Shown piece by piece: positions 52,158 to 62,080 of a stretch of DNA of 64,000 bases (its first letter is position 1; every line of letters starts with the position of its first letter). Both the position numbers and the translations under genes were made by a program. The notes under the pieces are model-generated. The model saw only the letters and a program-made list of their open reading frames with translations, made no database searches and was not told the DNA's origin. The DNA comes from Veleropilina oligotropha (Eukaryota). The DNA lies in contig JBEUKZ010000063.1 in NCBI GenBank assembly GCA_048128005.1, forward strand, positions 1-64,000. Direction: 5' to 3'.

Positions 52158-53404
52158 ACCCATATCTATATCAAATATACTTACGTCCTTACTAATGCCA
52201 TAATAAGCCTATTATCGCTAAATCCGGACAAGGTGGAAATGGTAATTTTCGCACTTTTTAGTAAATTTAACCCAGTTGACCCACTGACCTGCTTGACCTC
52301 CTCAAGTTCATGCCTAATAAAGAGCTCGCCAACTCCCGCGAGATCCTCGTGACCAAAAGGTCATGACCTCATCCGAAGTTTTCCGCCATCTTGAACAAGT
52401 CGCGTTTTACTTTGCTCCATCATCTAGATGTGAATTTCGATCTTTCTAGAGCCAGATTTATTAATCAAATAAGCTCATAAGATCGATCGTAGTGTGTAAA
52501 CACGTTTGGAAAAATTGAGAGTTTTCCTCCTGAATAAGCCCTTCTTGGACGTTTTCCTGTCGAGTACAGACAAAAACTGGAAATCAACACCCTCCACTGA
52601 CGACGCCATCTTGGAATTCTGAAAACAACATAAAGAGGACGCTCAGAGGGATATTTAAAGAAGGAAGCTCCTTAGCAATTACTAAGGAGTCAGGAGAGAG
52701 TTGATTATTGATATTGCTTGATTTGCATTGACAATTCATTTATATATACGATAATTTCCTCAACGACGTTTTCTTGCTATAAATTTATGTAATCAAATTT
52801 ATCGTCGTTGAAAAGCAGATTGTTTATAATTTAACTAGCGTTATTTTGGTAAATCTGCTAAGTCGGGGATAACACGCCGAATTCTAACAAATTGATATAT
52901 ATACATCCAAGAGGTTTTTAGGTGTGAAGGGCGGTTTCTTATAAAAGAAAGACCTCCCGTTTTTCAATTCGTTGGCCGACTTGTGTTAAAAAGTTTACCA
53001 AAGTCAGTGTTTGGGCGTATAATCCGCCGCAGGTTTTGAGTGTATTTCGGCCTTTTCCAACTCTCGGATCAGGTACAATCGAGGTTGTAGTAGTAATTTG
53101 GTAAACTACCTGTAGAAATACCCTTATCACTTCATACCCCTATCTCCTACCTACCCGTGTACTTGCAGTGTTTCCGGGTGCAGACAGCAAATCCGTGGTT
53201 TTGACAGGCACTCCGAATGCACTGTTCACCGTGTTTGTTTTAGGGGTAAACATCCGTGTGAGCATTGTACCGTATTGACAAATCGGCAGTGGGAGATTCT
53301 TTTCCCAACGGGGAAGAAAACCAGGGCATCTTCTCCCGATGGGACATCCACCGAGAAGCTTCATAGATTAGAGACAGGCTTTGATACTATTCTTTCTGTT
53401 TCAG

Positions 53405-55380
53405 ATCCTCTCGGTGATAGCCGTGTTGGGACAGCGGCTATCGCGGGATCCGCCGTCGGAACCTCTGCGACTTTGGGGAAAGTCCGAGAATCTTCGTCGG
53501 GATCCAAGGTTCAGGTACGAGCCCGACTCCTCTCCTTTGGGCCTAGTAACCGTTGCTCAGAGTATCTTGCCGACCAGTAAGATACGTCGAGCGCTGCGGC
53601 GAAAAGCTGAACAGGGCAGACAAAACCTTTCCTCTCCTCCGGCCTCGGAGGAGCAAGGCAGCGTTAGTCCTTCTGCGAGTTTAGTAGCTTCTGAACAAGA
53701 AGCGAAACGACTGGCAGAAAAAGTCGATATAGTTGCTGGGCACCACGAAAGTGGTCGAAGTTCCAGACGCTCGACGAAACCCATCCTCTCGTCCGACAAC
53801 GCCGCTAGTTTAAAGACTAATCCCGCCACCGTCGGAGCCCACGAGAACGATGGAAGGCCCATTACCTCCGGCGATTCTTTTCAAGACGTCCTAGGTGGTG
53901 TGGTAGGATCGGCTGCGCTCGGGGCTGAGGAACGGCGGATATTCCACGTACCTCACTCGAGCAGGGTTACAGACCCGTATGGACTGTGGTCGCAGTCTTA
54001 CGGGCCGTTCGCACCAGTTAACGTGCCTTCGGGCCGGTTCCCTGGTAGCGGTTTCCCGACAGGTATCCCGAGACCCTGGTTCTCGGCTCCACCTGTCCGT
54101 GCAACCCGTCCACCAAGCGCTACGGTAACCTCGAGCGGACCAATGGCTGTTGGTCCGACGTCCGTCATGCCTCCGGGTTTCTCGTTCGAGAACGTCCAGG
54201 CTATGATTGCGACGGAAGTCGAGTCACGTTGTAGGTCCTGGCTACCGGCTACCCAGCCGCCCCAGGTCCCAGCGTCTCTGACCGTAACGCCGGGCTCGGC
54301 TCATGCTTCGGTGATGACAGTAGATCCTCGTTCCGACGAGGACAGCACTTCTACTCGCTCTGACCTCCCTGAATCGGTCGGACCAGACGACTCTAGTAGT
54401 CTTTCTGGCACGCATGAAGCGTCTCCGCCACCCGCCGAAGGTACGACGCTGTTGCGTCGCTTCGCGGGGTGCTTGACTTGCTCGACCCGGCTCGGCCGGT
54501 AAGCGTAGTCAGGCACAGGACAGCGGCACGTCGGTTTGTTGGGACGGAAGCCCCCCTGCTTCCTACCCTCCCCCAGTCTGGGTTGGTCTCGCTCGTCTTC
54601 GACTCGGCGACCAAATCCATTCAGGGGTCCAAATCGGTGGAGACTTCCTCTATAACGGAGTACCCTAGTGGTCTGCATAAGGGAAGGTACCTCCGGCCCA
54701 GTAGGCGTCCGATTCCGATCGGTTGCTCTGGGACGTGTCTGGCGACTGAGCCAGTTCAGATCGATGCAGTGATGCGTCTGCTGTCGGCCAGTACAGCTCC
54801 CTCGGTAGTCAAAGTCCCATGGGCCGCCATGGAGGGCTTTGAGAGCTCCGCCCGTCGAGCTCTACGGCATGCCTCCATCCAGGATTTCTTCTTGGACGGA
54901 GCTATTACCGTACTACAAGAGGATGGACCCCGCGCTCGAGAGATCGCACTGTCCTTCCTCGAAGAGGTTGCCGCCTCCACGGAGAACTCCGCGTCGGAGT
55001 CAGCCCGATCCTTAGGTAACGCTGTCCTACTTCGTAGAGACGCGTGCCTAGACGGCACCACGTTAGACGACGCCACCCGGCAGTCGCTACGTTGCGTACC
55101 GCTGTCGGCCGCTACTCTCTTCGGGGATAAATTCACCGAGTTTGTCGAGAAGAGAGCGGCCGACCTAAAGGATCGCGCGATCGAGAAGGCAGTCTTGGCT
55201 ACTCCTCGGAGTACGCCGGCTGCTGCCTCGCGCAAGCGCTCGGGACCGTCCCGGTCTCATACGCCTTCCAAGCGTGCCAAACCTTCGTATAGTGGGCCTC
55301 CTCAGGCCAAGAAATCTACTACGATAAAGGCACCTCCGACGAAATCCCGTCAGAGCGGGAGAGGGAAGCCGCGGCCTAGG
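53405..55380 (+). pseudogene. DIRS copy B gag-like ORF1 (about 2 frameshifts)
   Basis: ORFs 53275-53580 and 53381-54502 plus the N-terminal part of 54469-57453 are collinear with copy A. The region is Ser/Pro-rich with a basic RG tail. Confidence 0.75.
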
Positions 55381-57453
55381 GTTGCCGGCGCTCGCGACGA
55401 GCCCAGTTGCACGCTTCCGCCGGTGGGAGCGTGTCTGTTAGAGAACAGCCTGTCCTGGTTAGAAATGACAGAGGACAACTGGGTTCACTCAGTCGTGAGT
55501 GCCGGATACAAGTTGGCATTCGACCGGCATCCAACCCTAGATGCGACACCACCACCAGGACGCGCTCATCTCCTGATAAGAGAAAAACAAGCCGTCCTAG
55601 ACCAGGCAGTGCGGGACTTACTCTCAAAAAGAGCGATTTATCCCGCGCTGCCCAGCACACCAGGATATTACAGCCACTTTTTCCTGGTCCCGAAACCCGA
55701 TGGCCGTTGGCGACCGATCCTCGATCTGTCATTCCTCAACCAGTATCTTCGTACCGAGAAGTTCAAGCAAGAAACACTCTCGAAGATACGAACGGCCATC
55801 CGTCCGGGCGACTGGGCAGCGTCTATCGACTTGACCGATGCGTACCTACACGTTGCGATGCACGTCTCGGCTCACCGGTACCTACGGTTTGTCCACGGGG
55901 GAACGGTCTACCAATTCAGGTGTCTACCGTTCGGTCTATCGTCAGCCCCGTACGTCTTCACGCGGGTAGTACAGGCTCTCGGGGCCTTCCTACACTCGCA
56001 AGGGCACAGAGTACACATGTACCTCGACGACTGGTTGATTCTGGGGGCGTCCCGGGATCAGTGCCTCCAGTCTATGAGCGTTACCCTGTCATCGGCGAAG
56101 CGCCTAGGATTACAGATCAACAACGAGAAATCCTGCTTCATGCCCTCGACGACGTTTACATTTCTAGGGGTCGAATTCGACACGGTCCGGTACACCGTGA
56201 AACCGACTCAGAAACGTATAGAGAACCTACGCGCAGTTATACTGGACACGAAGTCTTCACGGATAACTACAGCGCGACGACTGGCCACTGTCCTAGGGCA
56301 CATCGAGTCGGTAGCTCCCCTGTTACCGACGGGTCGCATGGACAAACGACCGTTGCAGCAGGCCTTCAAGGACCGCTGGATACAACGTACGGGACAGTGG
56401 ACGGATCGCATCGATCTACGGCATTGGTTCAATCGCACGACAGCAGTGTGGCTGAACACTACCCTGCCGAGCCAGTCGGTTCCGATATCCCCCCCAGAAC
56501 CGAACGCCTACCTCTTCACGGACGCGTCAAACGAGGGCTGGGGAGGTCACCTCGACAGTCACGAGACATCGGGCCTTTGGCCTACGGACCTTCAGGGACG
56601 ACACATCAACTTCCTAGAGTTAGAAGCCGTCTACCTGTCAGTACGGTCCCTCTCGTCACATCTCCGCAACAAGCACATAATGCTAGCAACGGACAACACG
56701 ACTGTCGTCGCTTACATTCAGCACCAGGGCGGCACCCGCTCCCGTCCGCTTTGCGACCGAGCGATCGACCTACACCGCCTAGTGATGTCCCTCAACTCGA
56801 CAATTCGAGCCCGACACATCCCGGGGAAGCTGAATGTCAGAGCGGATACGCTCTCTCGGAAAACACAGATAATACACACAGAGTGGACGCTACACGCCCG
56901 TGTAGCCCGAGATGTCTGTCGCCTGTGGTCGCAGCCTCAAGTCGATCTATTCGCAACCGAATACAATCATCGACTCCCTCTCTATGTGTCTCCTTACCCG
57001 GACCCGGCCGCTATAGCGGTCGACGCTCTGTCAATGACATGGGAGAATCTGATCGCCTACGCCTTTCCGCCGTCGTGCATGTTGCCACAAGTACTACGGA
57101 AAGCAACACGCGAAGACTGCGAGTTAATGCTAATAGCACCCCTACAACGCACGCAGTCCTGGTTTCCGACACTTCTGGATCTACTCATCGATCAGCCACT
57201 TGCGCTCCCGCAGATGACAGACCTGTTATCGCAACCGCGCAGTCGGGTTCTACACCCGTCGGCGAACGAGTTTCACTTTCACGCCTGGCGACTATCGAGA
57301 GATCGCTCATTAAGAAAGGATTTTCTAGAGCGACAGCCCAGCGCATCTACCGATCTAGAAGGCAATCTACAACAAAGGTATACGACTACCGATGGAAGAA
57401 ATTTGTGGATTGGTGTCGCGGGCGGCAAGTCAATATATTCCGCCCCCCTGTGA
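54469..57453 (+). CDS. DIRS copy B 994-aa ORF: gag C-terminus joined to RT-RNaseH-MTase-like pol
   Basis: PVGACL, YSHFFLVPKPDGRWRPILDL, IDLTDAYLHV, LPFGLSSAP, YLDDWLI, FTDAS, TDNTT, ADTLSR, VDLFAT, YAFPP. Confidence 0.9.
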   Translation: MLDLLDPARPVSVVRHRTAARRFVGTEAPLLPTLPQSGLVSLVFDSATKSIQGSKSVETSSITEYPSGLHKGRYLRPSRRPIPIGCSGTCLATEPVQIDAVMRLLSASTAPSVVKVPWAAMEGFESSARRALRHASIQDFFLDGAITVLQEDGPRAREIALSFLEEVAASTENSASESARSLGNAVLLRRDACLDGTTLDDATRQSLRCVPLSAATLFGDKFTEFVEKRAADLKDRAIEKAVLATPRSTPAAASRKRSGPSRSHTPSKRAKPSYSGPPQAKKSTTIKAPPTKSRQSGRGKPRPRVAGARDEPSCTLPPVGACLLENSLSWLEMTEDNWVHSVVSAGYKLAFDRHPTLDATPPPGRAHLLIREKQAVLDQAVRDLLSKRAIYPALPSTPGYYSHFFLVPKPDGRWRPILDLSFLNQYLRTEKFKQETLSKIRTAIRPGDWAASIDLTDAYLHVAMHVSAHRYLRFVHGGTVYQFRCLPFGLSSAPYVFTRVVQALGAFLHSQGHRVHMYLDDWLILGASRDQCLQSMSVTLSSAKRLGLQINNEKSCFMPSTTFTFLGVEFDTVRYTVKPTQKRIENLRAVILDTKSSRITTARRLATVLGHIESVAPLLPTGRMDKRPLQQAFKDRWIQRTGQWTDRIDLRHWFNRTTAVWLNTTLPSQSVPISPPEPNAYLFTDASNEGWGGHLDSHETSGLWPTDLQGRHINFLELEAVYLSVRSLSSHLRNKHIMLATDNTTVVAYIQHQGGTRSRPLCDRAIDLHRLVMSLNSTIRARHIPGKLNVRADTLSRKTQIIHTEWTLHARVARDVCRLWSQPQVDLFATEYNHRLPLYVSPYPDPAAIAVDALSMTWENLIAYAFPPSCMLPQVLRKATREDCELMLIAPLQRTQSWFPTLLDLLIDQPLALPQMTDLLSQPRSRVLHPSANEFHFHAWRLSRDRSLRKDFLERQPSASTDLEGNLQQRYTTTDGRNLWIGVAGGKSIYSAPL

Positions 57454-58403
57454 CAAAATTTATCGAGTTTTTGTCGTCGTTGCTCGAACGTGGAATGTCC
57501 ATTTCCGCTGTCAAAGGCTACCGATCATGCGTAGCAACGACGTTACGACAATGCCGCGAGCACACCCGCTTGTCTACCGACAAGACAATATCGGATTTTA
57601 CACGCTCCTACCAACTCGAACGACCCGCTCAGCAGGTGCGGCCGCCTGCGTGGATATCATGTTGATTCTCAATGCTTTACTTAGATGCCCGTTCGAACCT
57701 ATGAGTGAATGCTCCCTCAAAAATCTCACTTATAAGACCGTATTACTTACCGCTCTCACCGGTAATCGGGCATCGGAGATACACGCATTATCCGGAGAGC
57801 TGCGAGATATACACTTCCACTCCGATGGGTCGTTGACGCTGCATACGGTCCTTGGCTTCTTAGCGAAGACACAAAGACCTGAAGATATCTGTCCCGAGGT
57901 TTGTATCCGTAACCTCTCCATGTTGGATAGAGACGATATCAACCGGCTGAACTGCCCCGTTCGTGCGCTGAGATTCTACCTGGAACTGGACCCGTGACTT
58001 ACGGCACGACAAAAAGCGTTTATTCATAAGCCACATGCCCCAATTCAACCGCGACATTCGCAAGTCGACTGTATCACGTTGGATAGTCTGTGTTGTAAAA
58101 GAAATTTACAAGCGGTCCTACGAGCCAGATCGAAATCTCGTTTCAATTCCCGCGCATGAAACACGGGCCTTAGCGACCTCATTGGCCTTCAAGTTTAATT
58201 TAAATATCAATGCAATCTTGAAGGCTGGTTATTGGAAGAGTACTAATACCTTTGTTCACTTTTACCTGCGTGATTACGCAACCACGGCATCTGGCGAACA
58301 TAGAATTTCCATTGTCGCAGCAAATCAGCAATGTATTAGAGGATCTAGGTCATCCTTTCGGTCAATGGTAAAACTTTACAAAGGATTATTACCAGGGAAC
58401 TGA
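55407..58403 (+). CDS. DIRS copy B ORF3 / tyrosine recombinase (overlaps pol; frameshifts near 57655 and 57995)
   Basis: A 752-codon frame overlaps pol and is followed by the catalytic motifs TGNRASEI (R), FLAKTQ (K), CPVRAL, AHETRA (HxxR) and GYWKSTNTFVHFY (W, Y). Confidence 0.88.
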
Positions 58404-59556
58404 GGTAATGTAATGTATTTCTATTTGTTTACATTGTAACACACTTAGAATATACTTCAATGTTATTTCTTTTCTTAAATCATTAAGAAATTGAAATTAT
58501 CTAGTCATAACTGAGTTGATATGACATTAATGCTCACATTGGATGCAAACATTTTCATTACGAAATCTTAAAAATGTTTTTTGTATATAATATTAATTTT
58601 AAAAATGTTCTACTTGCTGTCGCAGAACATTTCAATGTCTTACATTGAAATTTTTTTAATATTATTCCATACTTAAAATTATTTAAGTAACATGTTATCA
58701 TGTTGACATTTTGCAAGATAGACATGCAAATTTTTTTATTGATTCAAGATGAAGAACTCTTCAATCTATCAATGATTGTCAAGGTTTTTATTATAGCACA
58801 ACCTGTCTAGGTTCGGGTGCCTCTAAAAACCTCGTCTGCAGTTTTCTGTCTGCCGACCTTTGAGTCCGGAATATTCAGATCACTGTTTTTGCCCATGACA
58901 CGAGTGCCTCAAGGTATACCTTCCGCACGGTGTCCGGAGCTACATGCACTTTCGTGTTACCTGTCCGACTAACATCCCTGGCGTGTTTTCCCAGATTTCT
59001 TGGTCGAAATCTCACCCCGGGATAAGAGTGGATTTGATGCTCAGTAAAATCCACTCTGAGCGGACTCGATCTCAACGCTAAAAGCGTCGTCTTCTGGTAA
59101 CAAGTAAGTTTTAATTTTGGTATATGGAACTTATAACTCCGCCAACCAAAGTTATTCTTGGCATTAGTAAGGACGTAAGTATATTTGATATAGATAGGAG
59201 GATTAAAGGTAATCCCCTTGTATCTATAATAATATACTTACGTCCTTACCCACTTGGCCCACCCTGCTTCGCACCTCCCCTCTTATATAAGTTCTCTGCC
59301 TTGGGGTTTGCTAAAACTTCGGATGAGGTCATGACCTTTTGGTCACGAGGATCTCGCGGGAGTTGGCGAGCTCTTTATTAGGCATGAACTTGAGGAGGTC
59401 AAGCAGGTTAGTGGGTCAACTGGGTTAAATTTACTAAAAAGTGCGAAAATTACCATTTCCACCTTGTCCGGATTTAGCGATAATAGGCTTATTATGGCAT
59501 TAGTAAGGACGTAAGTATATTATTATAGATACAAGGGGATTACCTTTAATCCTCCT

Positions 59557-59762
59557 TTTCAACATATTGGATCACGTCATTGTTCCATTGTCAACATATT
59601 GGATCACGTCATTGTTCCATTGTCAACATATTGAATCACGTCATTGTTCCATTGTCAACATATTGGATCACGTCATTGGTCCATTGTCAACATATTGGAT
59701 CACGTCATTGTTCCATTGTCAACATGTTGGATCACGTCATTGTTCCATTGTCAACATATTGG
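59557..59762. repeat. 32-bp minisatellite, ~6 copies
   Basis: Unit tcaacatattggatcacgtcattgttccattg. A related unit lies at 51421-51464. Confidence 0.92.
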
Positions 59763-60104
59763 TCTCCTCTGCTCAAAGCGATCCATTCTTAAAAATAATG
59801 AACTCCCAAGACAATAGGATAACGTCACAACAATAGTTTAATGTCTGTCTAGTATACCATGACGCTAAATAAGCTAATACCGTGCAGGCCTTTGTATGAT
59901 GAATGGGTGTAGGCATGGATCTGCAACGACGATGTCAAGTTTCTAGCATCATCTGTGTTAGGAAGGTGTTGGTTTTAACATCTTACCTACGTTATGTATC
60001 CATATCGACCGATTATCCCTAGGATGCGATAAGATATCCTGTCGTATCTTGAAGTATCATATCGTAGATAAGAGTATGATGCTTCCCCTCATATGCTGCG
60101 ATGT

Positions 60105-61040
60105 TTTTATCCCCCCCCCCCCCCACGGTTACCAACGGGAGGATGTTGCGATCGCCCAGTCTGTCCGTCCATCAGTATGTAATCGATAGCGTTTCCGGAG
60201 CATATCCTATAACTTTACGAAACTTTCTGAGTGTATTAAGTAGTTGGTGAACTTGTGCCTTTTGCCAGTTTCGACGTTGTGTGGCAATTATTAACAGAGT
60301 TACTTCCCTTGCAAATTCGATAATGTTATTTTTTCTGGAGCGTATCTTAAGTTATACACCGCTCAACATAACTTTACGAAACTTGCTGGTGTACGTATTA
60401 AGTAGTTGGTGAACTGGTGCCTTTTGCTAATTGCGGCGATTAATATCCGGGGTCAAGATTATATATATAAAGACTATGAAACTCAGCTCAGACTCTGCCA
60501 ATGATCACTAGTGTTGATTTGAGTACGAAACAGTCACCAGAGCATGAGATCGTACTCAGCCGACCTTTATAATCTTGGGCCCAGGAGTTATTGCCCATGT
60601 TGTAAATTTGTTAATGTTCTCTCTTCCGGAGCGTATCTCATAAACCGATTGGCATAACTTTATGAAATTTGGTGGGTGTCTTCAGTATTTGGTGAACTCG
60701 TGCCTTTTGCTAATTTCCACTTTGTGCGTTATTGCTCTTGTAAATTCGGTAATGTTTTCTTTTTGGAGCATATGTCATAAACCGGTTGGCATATCTTTAT
60801 GAAATTTGTATTGAGTAGTTGGTTAACTGGTGCCTTTTGGTAATTTTGACGTTCAACAGTTGAGCGGAGAATATTAACAGAGTTATTGCCCTTGCCTTAA
60901 ATTCGTTAAGATGTTTTATAGATTATATGTCATAATGTGCTTGGTTACAAAACTGGCTGTATTCAGTAGTTGGTTAGCTCATGCCTATTCCTAATTTTGA
61001 CGTTGTGCAGTGATTAATGACAGAGTTGTCGCCCTTGTTA
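60105..61040 (+). repeat. Partial HINE-like element with tandem core repeats
   Basis: 5' (gtcc)-like seed; repeated agtagttggtgaactggtgccttttgctaat units. Confidence 0.55.
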
Positions 61041-61889
61041 TTTATCTGTACACTCCGAAATATTCATCCTGCAGCAGGGTTCTCCCCGGATTGAAATGAT
61101 AAGTCGGGAATTGTGTTCGCGCACGCGTGTGTGCATGTACCGGTATGTATGCATGTATATGTATGCATATATAATTATGTATGGATGTATGTATGCATGC
61201 ATGCATGGCATTTATGTATATAATAATATGTGTATGTATGTATGTATGTATGTATAATATATGTATATATATATATCTCTCTCTGGAATGGTGATCATTT
61301 TTAAAAGGTGTGGAAAGGTGGCGGGGAGGGGTCATTAGGGTGGCGGACTCTCCAACTTACAAGTGCCCGGGGAGAATCCTGCTGCAGTCCTAGTTGATGG
61401 TGGATCGAGCATATATATGGGGTTGCCTTTATCACGACTAAGTTGACCAAGGTCAATATGCAGCAGAATATGACTGTTAACAGGTCCTTGCATGAAATCC
61501 TGGAACAGATGGTTGTGGTCTATGTAATGTCGAGTTTGATAATCACCCACTGGCCACCAGACACGTCTACGTCTAGGTTTTATCACGAGGTTTGGTTGTC
61601 CAATCAGAGACGCCTACAGTTGAACCACGAGGTGCCTACTGATATCACCGACTTAAACCATTGAAAAAATGTAAATATATTTAAAATATATGAATTTAAT
61701 AAACACAATTTACGAAAGTAGTCCCAATTAAGTGGTCTCACTGACAATATGTTTAGTTAAGCCACGGGTCAAGACAATATAATGACGTCACAACTATGGT
61801 TTAAATAACGATAATACCACACGGGAGCTCGATAAGTGACAACATTTTCATAGCAGAACGGCACCCCCTCCCCCCCCCCCCCATTATTT

Positions 61890-62080
61890 TTCGGATACGA
61901 GTCCTACCTCAACGCGCTGGAGCGCATCTGGAACTCAAACAGTGACACGGTTTCGTAGCAGAACGCCAACCCGACCTTTCATTGTCCAAATCTCAATCCG
62001 CTGGAGCTCGTATGGGACCTCTTTGACATCCAGATGCAGAAGATGGACTCAGCAGTAGTCAATCTGCAATAACGGACACC
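61890..62080 (+). pseudogene. Possible Tc1/mariner transposase remnant
   Basis: CPNLNPLELVWDL at 61983 resembles the SPDLNPIEHLW motif. Confidence 0.35.

Larger units (their letters stand above)
52161..59556 (+). mobile_element. DIRS-type tyrosine-recombinase retrotransposon, copy B (near intact)
   Basis: 209-bp ITRs at 52174-52382 and 59313-59521 (1 mismatch seen). ICR at 59159-59249. gag, pol and an overlapping YR ORF are present. Confidence 0.96.

Noticed and set aside
52590..52650. Hammerhead ribozyme core (CTGACGA..GAAA) in the DIRS B leader
   Set aside because: Stems II and III do not pair convincingly and the core is absent from copy A
54301..56459. Antisense ORFs within the DIRS elements
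   Set aside because: Expected shadows of GC-rich coding sequence, not evidently conserved as a unit between the copies
61335..61664. Short ORFs on both strands
   Set aside because: No recognisable domain or splice structure
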